Assembly: GCA_023386865.1 (NCBI GenBank)
Contig: JAEWIV010000191.1
Coordinates: forward strand, 2,665-66,664
Direction of reading: 5' to 3'
Origin: Pseudomonadota bacterium
GTDB taxonomy: Bacteria; Pseudomonadota; Alphaproteobacteria; Reyranellales; Reyranellaceae
Length of the DNA: 64,000 nucleotides
The number at the start of each line of letters is the position of its first letter. The first letter of the stretch is position 1. Below, one piece after another: positions 54,363 through 63,093 of the stretch. Below the pieces are notes generated by a model. The model did not search any database. It was given only the letters and a program-made list of their open reading frames with translations, and had not been told where the DNA came from. Position numbers and translations under genes: made by a program.

Positions 54363-54486
54363 TCTTCACTCCTGTCGTTCCCCGCCCTTTCAGCCCTCTT
54401 CCCACTTGTCGCCCAGGGCAGAGCATAGACAGGTGACTGCAGACCGTCTGTGACGTTTGCCACAGCTAGCCCGGCGCGTCGTCGAC

Positions 54487-56370
54487 CTACGCCCTGGCGG
54501 AAACGCCAAGCTTCTCGAGGGCAGCCGCGATGTCTTTCGGCTGATACGGCTTCTCGACGATTTGGACCAGAGACGCGGTCGACCAACGTTCGCGCACGGC
54601 CCCGTCGGCATAGCCGGTCGCCAGAATGACCGGCAGCTGGGGCCGCGCATCGCGCATTTGCCGGATCACCTCGCCGCCCGGCCGGTCGGGCAGTCCCAGA
54701 TCGACGATGGCGGCGGACACGGCTTCGCCGAGATCGACGAACTTCGCCAGTGCCTCGCTGCCGGTGCCGGCCTGCTCGACCTGGTGGCCCAGCTCCTCGA
54801 GGGTTTCGACGAGGAGCATTCGGACCAGGAACTCGTCCTCGACGACGAGGATGCAGCCGGCGGCCGTGCTCTGTGGCCGGTCCAACACCTCCCGCAGCCG
54901 GGCCGCCAGGGCGTCGAACGTGAAAGGCTTTGAAAGCAGATCGATGCCCGGGTCGAGCCGGCCATGGTGCAGCAGAGCGCTCGCCGCATACGCCGTCGTG
55001 ATTATCGCGCTCAGCGAGGGTCGAAGGCGGCGTGCTCGTTCGATGAGCTCCTTGCCGTCCATGTCGCCGGGGAGGCCGAGATCGGTGAACAAGAGGCGGA
55101 TGGCCGGTTCGCGCGCCATGATTTCCAGGGCGGCGGTGGCATCGCCCGCCTCGAGGACCGCGTAGCCCAGGTCACGCAGGCTGCCGACCGTGTAGCTGCG
55201 GACGTCGTCGTCGTCTTCCACGACGAGGATCGTCTCGCCGGGCCTCCCCTGCACCGGCGCCGCTGGAGGCCCCGAGCTTTCATCCGTCGCCGGGGCGACG
55301 TGCCTCGCTTCGGACTTCGGCAGATAGATCCTGGCCGTCGTACCAACACCCGGCTCGCTGTGAAGGACGATACCGCCGCCGCTCTGGGTCGCAAAGCCGT
55401 AGACCTGGCTCAGCCCGAGGCCGGTGCCCCTTCCTCCCTTGGTCGTGAAGAACGGCTCGAACACGTGCTGCAGCACATCCGACGACATGCCGACGCCCGA
55501 ATCGGCAACAGAGATCTGGACATAGGCGCCAAGCCGCAAACCGGACCGGTTGGCCGTTTGCTGGGAGTCGAGTTGGACATTTTCTGTCTCGATCCTCAGC
55601 TCGCCCCCCGAGGGCATGGCATCGCGTGCGTTGACTGCCAGGTTGAGGATGGCCGCCTCGAGCTCGGTGGGGTCGACATCCACCGGCCAGAGACCGGTCG
55701 ATGGCACCGTTCGCACACGGATGCCCTCGCCCAGAGTGCGCTGCAGCAGGTCCGACATGCCGGAAACCAGGAGATTGACGTCGGTGATTCTCGGCTCCAG
55801 TGCCTTGCGCCGCGCAAAAGCCAGCAGTTTTTCCGTGAGACCGGCGGCGCGCCGTGCGCCGCGAGTCGCATTCTCGAGAGCCAGCGAAACCGCGGCCTCG
55901 TCGATCGCCCGCTTCCTTTGGGCGTTTTCGAGGTTGCCCAGCACGACCGTCAGCAGGTTGTTGAAATCGTGGGCGATGCCGGCCGTCAGGCGGCCGACGG
56001 CCTCTATTCTGGCGGCGTGACTCAGACGCTCTTCCATGGCCTTTCGAGCCGAGATATCGCGCAGGGTTGCGAGTCGGGCGGGCCGGTGTCGCCAGGTCGT
56101 CTCGACCACCCTGACCTCCGCTTCGATCCGACCGCCATCGGGCCTGTGGATGGTGACCTCGGCGGTCTCGCCGGCCGTTATCGGAACGCCGATCGGCGAG
56201 CCGACCAGGTATCTCGGTGGGCGGCCGAAGATATGCTCGGCTGCGGGATTGGCGAACAGCACGACGCCTTCTTCGTCCACCACCAGGATGCCGTCGGCGT
56301 TCCGCTCGACGAGGAAGCGGACCTCCGCCTGGTCGAGGCTGGTACCGGAATTGCCAGTCATCATGCTCAT
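54487..56370 (-). CDS. Soluble PAS-HisKA-HATPase-REC-REC hybrid kinase
   Basis: DGILVVD...FANPAA PAS motif, AHDFNNLL H-box, EPFFTTK..GTGLGL, and two receivers (FTDLGLP, IVDLGLP). Confidence 0.92.
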   Translation of the reverse strand: MSMMTGNSGTSLDQAEVRFLVERNADGILVVDEEGVVLFANPAAEHIFGRPPRYLVGSPIGVPITAGETAEVTIHRPDGGRIEAEVRVVETTWRHRPARLATLRDISARKAMEERLSHAARIEAVGRLTAGIAHDFNNLLTVVLGNLENAQRKRAIDEAAVSLALENATRGARRAAGLTEKLLAFARRKALEPRITDVNLLVSGMSDLLQRTLGEGIRVRTVPSTGLWPVDVDPTELEAAILNLAVNARDAMPSGGELRIETENVQLDSQQTANRSGLRLGAYVQISVADSGVGMSSDVLQHVFEPFFTTKGGRGTGLGLSQVYGFATQSGGGIVLHSEPGVGTTARIYLPKSEARHVAPATDESSGPPAAPVQGRPGETILVVEDDDDVRSYTVGSLRDLGYAVLEAGDATAALEIMAREPAIRLLFTDLGLPGDMDGKELIERARRLRPSLSAIITTAYAASALLHHGRLDPGIDLLSKPFTFDALAARLREVLDRPQSTAAGCILVVEDEFLVRMLLVETLEELGHQVEQAGTGSEALAKFVDLGEAVSAAIVDLGLPDRPGGEVIRQMRDARPQLPVILATGYADGAVRERWSTASLVQIVEKPYQPKDIAAALEKLGVSARA

Positions 56371-56407
56371 CGTGCCGGCCCTGCAGTGCGGCGTGCCATC
56401 TGCGCCG

Positions 56408-57892
56408 TCAGGTGTAATCGCGGCTCGCGCCCACAAAGACGTTCGGCGTCTCCCCGAAGGATTCGCCGAGATGCATCCCGCCGCCGTCGATCGAGAAGCG
56501 ACGGATCTCCTTGGCGTGCTCGCTGCCGCGCATCTTCAAGACGATCAGGCCGCGATGCATGGTTTCCTGCTCCTGGATGTAGCGCAGCAAGATGATCGAA
56601 TCGGTCAGCGTCGAGATATGCTGTTCGCTGGCGCTCGTTCCACCGATCAGCGATTTGCTGGTGGCCGTGCACAGCCCGGCGATCTCGCGCTTCTTGATGA
56701 AGGAGGTGAGACTGATCAGGAATTCGCGGAATCCGGTGTCGGGGGCAATGCGTTCGAGAGCCGACAGGCTGTCGATGGCAATCCTGCTGGGCTTGAACTC
56801 GTCGACCAGGCTCTGAATCATCAAGAGATGGTCGGGCAGGCTTTGCGCCTCCGGATAGAGGCAGATGACCTTGAGCTTGCCTTCGGCTTCCATCGACGCG
56901 AAGTCGACCCCCCAGCCGCTGGCATTGCGAAAGAGCTGGCCCTTGCTCTCCTCGTAGCCGAACAGGAGAGCTTTCTCCCCTGCGGCCACGCCTCCGGCCA
57001 GAAAGTTGGTCACCAGCAAAGTCTTACCGGTCCCGGTTGCGCCGCTGACCAGCGTGACGCTGTCGCGGAAGAAACCGCCGCCGCACATTTCGTCGATCGC
57101 CGAGTTGCCGCTGGTCACGCGCACCATGCTCGACTTCTGCTCCAGCCTGAGCGACGACAGCGGCACCGCGACGACCCCCTGGTTGGCAAGCAGGGTGAAC
57201 GGCGCCTCGCCCTCGGCATGATGGCTGCCTCGCATTTTCAGGACCTCGATGGTGCGCCGGCGCTTCTCCCGCTGCAGGACGTTGCGGAGGATGACGACAT
57301 TGTCGGCGACGAACTCCTCCAGCCGATGGCGGGTGATCTCGCCGTATTCGCTGTTGCGCTCGGCGGTCATCAGGACGGTGAGGCCCGATTGCTTGAGCGC
57401 CGTGCTTATGTGGAAGAGCTCGCGACGCAGGATCTTCGGGTCGGCGATAAAATGGTCGAACAGCTGGGTCAGCGAATCCAGGACGACGCGTCGGGCATTG
57501 ACCGCCTTCACGGAGTGCTGGATGCGGGCCAACAGGCCGGTCAGGTCGAAGTCGCCGATCACCAGCTCGTCGTTGGGGGGCGGGCTGGCATCGACGAAAG
57601 CGAGCCGGCCTTCCCGGCGCCAGTCCGCGAGATTCCAGCCGAAACCGCGCATGTTGGCCTCGATGTCGCGCGGCGGCTCCTCAAAGGTCACAAGGACACC
57701 GTTCTCGCCGTACATGGTGATGCCGTGCGCCAGGAATTGGGTGGCGAAGACCGTCTTGCCGCTGCCTGGGGTGCCGCCCACCACAGTAGTGCGGGCCCGA
57801 GGCAAGCCGCCCATCACCAGCTCGTCGAAGGCGTTGACCCCGGTCTTCACCCGTTCCAGCACGTCCGCGCTGTCGATGTCCTGCGTAGTCAT
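56408..57892 (-). CDS. kaiC: Double-domain KaiC-family ATPase/autokinase
   Basis: CI domain: GTPGSGKT, TFEE, EEFVADNVVILRN, KMRG. CII domain: GATGTGKT, YEES, HISTLTD, KMRGS.H. Confidence 0.93.
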   Translation of the reverse strand: MTTQDIDSADVLERVKTGVNAFDELVMGGLPRARTTVVGGTPGSGKTVFATQFLAHGITMYGENGVLVTFEEPPRDIEANMRGFGWNLADWRREGRLAFVDASPPPNDELVIGDFDLTGLLARIQHSVKAVNARRVVLDSLTQLFDHFIADPKILRRELFHISTALKQSGLTVLMTAERNSEYGEITRHRLEEFVADNVVILRNVLQREKRRRTIEVLKMRGSHHAEGEAPFTLLANQGVVAVPLSSLRLEQKSSMVRVTSGNSAIDEMCGGGFFRDSVTLVSGATGTGKTLLVTNFLAGGVAAGEKALLFGYEESKGQLFRNASGWGVDFASMEAEGKLKVICLYPEAQSLPDHLLMIQSLVDEFKPSRIAIDSLSALERIAPDTGFREFLISLTSFIKKREIAGLCTATSKSLIGGTSASEQHISTLTDSIILLRYIQEQETMHRGLIVLKMRGSEHAKEIRRFSIDGGGMHLGESFGETPNVFVGASRDYT

Positions 57893-58161
57893 GCGTCACC
57901 ATCCGGCTTGATACCGAGGAATTCGAGCACGCGTTTGGTATCGCTGAGATCGCCGACGATCCGCCGCGGGCGGATCCCGTTTTCGTAGGAGAGCGTAGGA
58001 GTAGCCAGTATGCCCGCCTGCTCAGCCAGCTCGGGGTTGGTCAGGACGTCGATGATTTCAATCTTCCAAGCACCAGCGCCCATGTGCTGGCGCAGCTGCA
58101 TGACGTTCTGCTCAGCCCGACGAGAGCTTGGGGAGTTGCCGGCGATATAGAGGCGAAGCAC
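57889..58161 (-). CDS. kaiB: KaiB-family protein
   Basis: LRLYIAG..P.S.RA, IDV...PELAE...ILATPTL and RRIVGDLSD motifs. ATGA overlap with kaiC. Confidence 0.92.
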   Translation of the reverse strand: MLRLYIAGNSPSSRRAEQNVMQLRQHMGAGAWKIEIIDVLTNPELAEQAGILATPTLSYENGIRPRRIVGDLSDTKRVLEFLGIKPDGDA

Positions 58162-58206
58162 GGTCCATGGAATCCCACCATGCCGTGCGTCGCAAGAGAG
58201 AGAAAA

Positions 58207-58224
58207 CTACTAGCCTACTAGTAG
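58207..58224. promoter_or_regulatory. Inverted repeat CTACTA-N6-TAGTAG upstream of kaiB
   Basis: Perfect 6-bp arms, same architecture as 58988..59005. Confidence 0.55.
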
Positions 58225-58949
58225 GGAAGTGTTCCCGTTCGACCGTTGCCGGCCCGCCGCGGTGAGCGAACCGGATCGGGCCGTTCCCGGCCGATGATGC
58301 CGCGCTCGCGCGCCCAGATGACGGCGGCGGTCCGGCGGTTGACGCCAATCTTGCGGTACAGGGCGGCAATGTGGTTGCGCACGGTGTTCTCCGACAAGCC
58401 GAGCATGCCCGCCATCTGCGCGTTGCCCTTGCCCTCGCAGATCAGTTCCAGGACCTCGCGCTCGCGTGCGCTCAGCGTGTCGAGCTGGCATGCGCCGTTG
58501 CCCTTCGGGCCGGACGACGGCTCTTCGCCGTTAGCCTGGCTGACCGACCTCAGCCTATCCATGACGGTGCGGGTGAACCATGAAGTGCTGTCGGCGAGCA
58601 CGGCCTCGATCGCCGCCATGAGATCGGGCGTGCGCTTCTTTTCGTCGGCTTCCTGGATGACGCCCAAGGTCACGCACTCGCCGTCGATGGTCAGATCGAC
58701 GGGTGACATGAAGCAATCGACCGAATTCGATTCAGATCGATCCAGCGGCAGGGCGAGATTGCGCAGTTCGCCGTCGACGCGACGCCGTGCGGTACGGTCC
58801 ATCCAGACGATCGCACCACTGGAGTCGACCAGAACGACGCCGTTCTGGAAAGCCGAGGAGAGGCGGGCCAGCCGCGCCTCGTCGTGCGCCCCGTTGGTCG
58901 AGGCATTCATGACTGAATCTGGAGGGGAATTGGCTCGGTACGGGCTCAT
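58218..58949 (-). CDS. LuxR-family HTH regulator with a reduced PAS-like N-terminus and no receiver (start may be 58910)
   Basis: GVVLVDSSG.IVW, AIEAVL.D..WF and LSARE.EVL....G..N...A..L.LSENTVRNH motifs. Confidence 0.85.
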   Translation of the reverse strand: MSPYRANSPPDSVMNASTNGAHDEARLARLSSAFQNGVVLVDSSGAIVWMDRTARRRVDGELRNLALPLDRSESNSVDCFMSPVDLTIDGECVTLGVIQEADEKKRTPDLMAAIEAVLADSTSWFTRTVMDRLRSVSQANGEEPSSGPKGNGACQLDTLSAREREVLELICEGKGNAQMAGMLGLSENTVRNHIAALYRKIGVNRRTAAVIWARERGIIGRERPDPVRSPRRAGNGRTGTLPY

Positions 58950-58987
58950 GCCGGTGACAACGAGGCCGCGGGCCTACTGGTTCCTTG

Positions 58988-59005
58988 TTACTAACTGCCT
59001 AGTAA
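58988..59005. promoter_or_regulatory. Inverted repeat TTACTA-N6-TAGTAA upstream of the LuxR gene
   Basis: Perfect 6-bp arms, same architecture as 58207..58224. Confidence 0.55.
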
Positions 59006-59098
59006 TGAAGCACCATCAACCGGACGACGCCTGCGTCGACAATTTCGCAGTTGCCCGAGGGCAAGGAGATCGCGTCATCGACGTTCAGTCCCTTCCCA

Positions 59099-60250
59099 TC
59101 AGGTCAGGGTTTCGAGCATCCGCACCAGGAGTTGGGCGCGCGGCACCAGAGAGGCGTAACTGATCTGCTCGTCAAGCGCATGGGCACCGCGGCCGTCGGC
59201 GCCGAGCCCGTCGAGCGTCGGGATGCCGAGTGCCGCGGGAAAGTTGCCGTCGCTGACGCCGCCGGTGAGCGGGGTGTCCTCGAGCACGAACCCGACCTCG
59301 GCGGCGCACGCCTTTGCATGCTCGAACAAGGCTGCGATGCCGGCGTTCTTCTCGTAGGGCGGCCGATTGACGCCACCTGCGACCTCGATACGACAGTCCG
59401 GATTGAAGGGCGTGCGCTGCAGGACGCGCTTCACGACCGCGTCGACGTCGATACCGGGCGGCACACGCAAGTCGATGGTGGCGGTTGCGTGCGCCGGCAC
59501 CACGTTGGGCGCGCTGCCGCCGCTTGCAGTGCCGACCACGACGGAGATGCCCTTGTCATAGTCGGTGATCGACTCGAGATCGATGATCTGCCGTGCAAGC
59601 TCATGCAGGGCGCTGCGGCCGTCCTGTGGCCGCGAGCCGGCATGCGAGGCGCGGCCGGTGATGGTCATGTCGAAGCGACCCCACCCCTTGCGTGCCGTCA
59701 CGCACTTGCCACCGTCGCGCGCCGGCTCCATGACCAGCACATACTTCGACTTGCGCGCGGCGGCCTCGATGGCGGCGCGGCTGGTCGGGCTGCCGACTTC
59801 TTCTTCCGGCACGTAGAGCACCCGCACCGGCAGCTTGGTGCGTCGTCCCTCGCGGACGAAGTGCTGCAGGGCATAATAAGCCATGTAGGAGCCGGCCTTC
59901 ATGTCGTAGATGCCCGGACCGAATACGGCGTCGCCGTCGCGGCGAAACACGTGAGTGGTCGCGAGCGCGCCAATCGGATGCACCGTGTCGAGATGGCCCA
60001 GGATAAGGATGCCGGGTTCGTCCTCGCCGCCCCATGGCGCTCGCGCCTCGAGGATGTCGCCAAAGCCGTCGCGTCCAGGGGTGCGTTTGGTCGGCGCGCC
60101 GATCCGCGCCAAATCACTCTCGACCACGTCGACGAGACGATTGACCGCCGTGCCGTCGTGGCTCGGCGTCTCGATCTCGACCCATCGGCGGATGCCGGCC
60201 AGGATTTCCTCGCTGTCGAAAGACGGAATGTTGGAACGCGTGTCGGACAA
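59099..60250 (-). CDS. M20 family metallopeptidase (glutamate carboxypeptidase-like)
   Basis: GHLDTV, GPG.YDMKAG, EEEVGS, SHAG, GG.SDGN and GAHA.DE motifs. Confidence 0.92.
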   Translation of the reverse strand: MSDTRSNIPSFDSEEILAGIRRWVEIETPSHDGTAVNRLVDVVESDLARIGAPTKRTPGRDGFGDILEARAPWGGEDEPGILILGHLDTVHPIGALATTHVFRRDGDAVFGPGIYDMKAGSYMAYYALQHFVREGRRTKLPVRVLYVPEEEVGSPTSRAAIEAAARKSKYVLVMEPARDGGKCVTARKGWGRFDMTITGRASHAGSRPQDGRSALHELARQIIDLESITDYDKGISVVVGTASGGSAPNVVPAHATATIDLRVPPGIDVDAVVKRVLQRTPFNPDCRIEVAGGVNRPPYEKNAGIAALFEHAKACAAEVGFVLEDTPLTGGVSDGNFPAALGIPTLDGLGADGRGAHALDEQISYASLVPRAQLLVRMLETLT

Positions 60251-60272
60251 GGCTTCCTCCAGAGGTCGCTTC

Positions 60273-61268
60273 TCACTGAGGCGGCAGATCGCACCAGCGC
60301 AGGCAGCTTACCAGATGACGGCTCGAGACAGACTCGGGCTCGGGCCGGTTCAGGGCGCACTGCGGTTCGGCCCACCGGCAGCGCGGATGGAACGAACAAC
60401 CCGGCGGTGCGGCGCCCGGCTTGGGCGGCTCACCCAGCACCGGCGCCTGCGCCTGCTGCACGAGCTCGCTGTCGAGCCGAGGCGAGGCGGCGAGCAGCGC
60501 CCGGGTATAGGGATGGCGCGGTGCACTGAAGACGTCTTCGGTCGGCGCGATCTCGACGATGCGGCCGAGATACATGATGGCCACGCGGTCGCATAGCCGG
60601 CGCACGACGGAGAGGTCGTGACTGATGAACAGGTAGGTGAGACCGAGTCGGCTCTGCAGGTCGCGCAGCAGGCGCAGCACGGTGGCCTGCACCGAAAGGT
60701 CGAGTCCGGCGGTCGGCTCGTCCAGGATCACCAGTCTCGGCTCGAGCACGAGTATTCGGGCGATGCCGACACGGCGCAGCTGGCCACCCGAAAGTTCGTG
60801 CGGATAACGACCGGCCGTCGCCGGATCGAGACCGACCTGGTCGAGCGCGCGACGGATCCGCGCCTGTCGGTCGACGGCCGAGCGGTTGCCGCGAATGGTA
60901 AGCCCTTCTTCGAGGGAACGGCCGATCGACCACCACGGGTCGAGCGCCGCCCCGGGGTCCTGGTGGACATATTGGATGTCGCTGCGCACGCGGCGCGCTT
61001 CCATGGGCGTCAGGCCTCCGACGGCGCGGCCGTCGAACCTGATATCGCCCGCGGTTTCGCGCTGAACGCCGAGCAGGGTTCTCGCGAGTGTCGATTTTCC
61101 ACAGCCGCTTTCGCCGACTAGGCCCAGGATCTCGCCGCTCGCGACCTCGAGATCGACGCCGTCAACGGCGCGTACCCCGGCGCTGTGCCGCCCGATCAGC
61201 GGGCGCGCACGGCCCAGCACCGTCACGAGCTCGCATACCTCGAGGAGGATGTCGTGTCGGCCGGTCAC
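60273..61268 (-). CDS. Peptide ABC transporter ATP-binding subunit (DppF/OppF-like)
   Basis: GESGCGKST, YPHELSGGQ, HPYT.ALL and GC.FHPRC motifs. Confidence 0.92.
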   Translation of the reverse strand: MTGRHDILLEVCELVTVLGRARPLIGRHSAGVRAVDGVDLEVASGEILGLVGESGCGKSTLARTLLGVQRETAGDIRFDGRAVGGLTPMEARRVRSDIQYVHQDPGAALDPWWSIGRSLEEGLTIRGNRSAVDRQARIRRALDQVGLDPATAGRYPHELSGGQLRRVGIARILVLEPRLVILDEPTAGLDLSVQATVLRLLRDLQSRLGLTYLFISHDLSVVRRLCDRVAIMYLGRIVEIAPTEDVFSAPRHPYTRALLAASPRLDSELVQQAQAPVLGEPPKPGAAPPGCSFHPRCRWAEPQCALNRPEPESVSSRHLVSCLRWCDLPPQ

Positions 61269-62254
61269 GGCGTGGCTGCTTGCGGAAGCGGAAGCCGGTG
61301 GCGCGGGCAGGCCACATCGTGGCGGGCGGACGCTTCCTCCATGGCCGGCCGCGTGCCGGTACAGTCGGCGATGGCGATCGGACAGCGTGGATGGAACCGG
61401 CAACCCTGAGGCGGTGCGAACGGGCTCGGCACGCTGCCGGGGATGCCGCCGAGATCGGTTGCGCGATCGGGATGGCAGGCGAGCAGCATGCGGGCGTAGG
61501 GGTGTGCGGCCTCGTCGATCAATCGCCGCGTCGGCGCCGCCTCGACGGTCTGGCCGGCATAGATCACGCTCACCTCGTCGCAGAGCTGGGCGACCACGCC
61601 GAAATCGTGGGTCACGAACAGCATCGAGAGGTCGAAGTCGGCGACCAGGTTGCGCAGCAGCATCAACACCTGCTGCTGCGTGGTGACGTCGAGCGCCGTC
61701 GTCGGTTCGTCCGCGATCAGCAGCCGCGGCTGGCACGACAGGGCGGCCGCGATCAGCAGCCGCTGACGCTGGCCGCCCGAGAATTCATGCGGATAGCGTT
61801 CGAGAGCGCGCTCGGGATCCGGCACTTGCACCGCGCGCAAGAGCTCGACCAGGCGCTGGCGATGGCGTCCTTTCCACTCCGGCGGCGCATGCCATCGCAT
61901 GGTCTCCAGCATCTGGGTGCCGACGCGAAAGACCGGGTTGAGCGCAAGGAACGGATCCTGCGGAATGAAGCCGATGGCGGCGCCGCGGATGTCACGCGCC
62001 AGGACGGCGGGCGGCAGCCTCGCAAGATCGCGACCCTCGAAGACGATCTCGCCGGCCTCGATGCGCGCGCGCGGCGGCAGGATGCCGAGGATTGCCTTGA
62101 TCAAGGTCGACTTTCCGCATCCCGATTCGCCCACCACGCCGACGATGCGGCCACGCGGGATCTCGAGGTCGACACGATCGAGGATGTGGGCCAGGCCCTC
62201 GTCGCCCCTGATCGATACGGCGAGGTCGGAGACCTTGAGCAGCACGTCGCTCAT
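61265..62254 (-). CDS. Peptide ABC transporter ATP-binding subunit (DppD/OppD-like)
   Basis: GESGCGKST, YPHEFSGGQRQR and DEPTTALDV motifs. Confidence 0.92.
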   Translation of the reverse strand: MSDVLLKVSDLAVSIRGDEGLAHILDRVDLEIPRGRIVGVVGESGCGKSTLIKAILGILPPRARIEAGEIVFEGRDLARLPPAVLARDIRGAAIGFIPQDPFLALNPVFRVGTQMLETMRWHAPPEWKGRHRQRLVELLRAVQVPDPERALERYPHEFSGGQRQRLLIAAALSCQPRLLIADEPTTALDVTTQQQVLMLLRNLVADFDLSMLFVTHDFGVVAQLCDEVSVIYAGQTVEAAPTRRLIDEAAHPYARMLLACHPDRATDLGGIPGSVPSPFAPPQGCRFHPRCPIAIADCTGTRPAMEEASARHDVACPRHRLPLPQAATP

Positions 62255-63093
62255 CGCGAACGCCTCAGGCGGGGATCCACCAGGTCGCGCAGACCGTCGC
62301 CCAGCAGGTTGAAGCCGAGCACGGCGATCAGGATGGCGAGGCCCGGAAAGGTGGCGAACCACCAGGTCTCGGGCAGGAACTTGCGGCTCTCGGCGATGGC
62401 CAGGCCCCAGTCCGGGTCGGGCGGCGTGGCGCCGACGCCGAGAAAGCCCAGGACCGCCGCGGTGAGGATCGTGAAGCCCATGCCGATCGTGGCGCGCACG
62501 ATGATGGGCGAGGCGGCATTGGGCAGGATGTGCAGGAACACGATGCGCGCGGTGGAGGCGCCGACGCCCTGCAGGGCCTCGACGAACAGCGAACTCTTGA
62601 GCCTGCGCGTTTCGGCATAGACGGTGCGGGTGAAGAACGGCCAGTAGGTCAGGGCAAGCGCCAGCATCGCCGTGCTGAGGCCGGGCTTCATGAGCTGCGC
62701 CAGGGCGAGCGCCAGGATCAGCTGCGGCACGGCCAGCACAACGTCGGTCACCCGCATGATGAGCTCGCTGCGCCAGCCGCCGAGGTAGCCCGCGAACAGG
62801 CCGAGCGGCACGCCGATCAGCATCGCCGAGCCAACCACGGTCAGGGCGATGACGAAGGCGCTGCGCGTGCCGAGCACGACGCGACTGAAGATGTCGCGGC
62901 CGAGATTGTCGGTGCCGAACCAGAACTCCGCCGACGGCGGCTTGAAGCGCTGCAGCAGGTTGGCCTGGAAGGCGGCCTCGGGATGGGGCGTGAGCTGGCC
63001 GGCGAACACCGCCACGAACAGACCGAACAGCACGATGCCGAGGCCCAGCACCGCCGGCACGTCGCGCAGGAACTTCAGCGCAATAAGTCTCAT
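62251..63093 (-). CDS. Peptide ABC transporter permease (DppC-like)
   Basis: FGTDNLGRDIFSR, HILPN and FNLLGDGLRD..DPR motifs. Confidence 0.92.
   Translation of the reverse strand: MRLIALKFLRDVPAVLGLGIVLFGLFVAVFAGQLTPHPEAAFQANLLQRFKPPSAEFWFGTDNLGRDIFSRVVLGTRSAFVIALTVVGSAMLIGVPLGLFAGYLGGWRSELIMRVTDVVLAVPQLILALALAQLMKPGLSTAMLALALTYWPFFTRTVYAETRRLKSSLFVEALQGVGASTARIVFLHILPNAASPIIVRATIGMGFTILTAAVLGFLGVGATPPDPDWGLAIAESRKFLPETWWFATFPGLAILIAVLGFNLLGDGLRDLVDPRLRRSR

Noticed and set aside
56408..58161. A true circadian clock
   Set aside because: No kaiA in the window, clipped KaiC tail and atypical KaiB; oscillation cannot be inferred from sequence.
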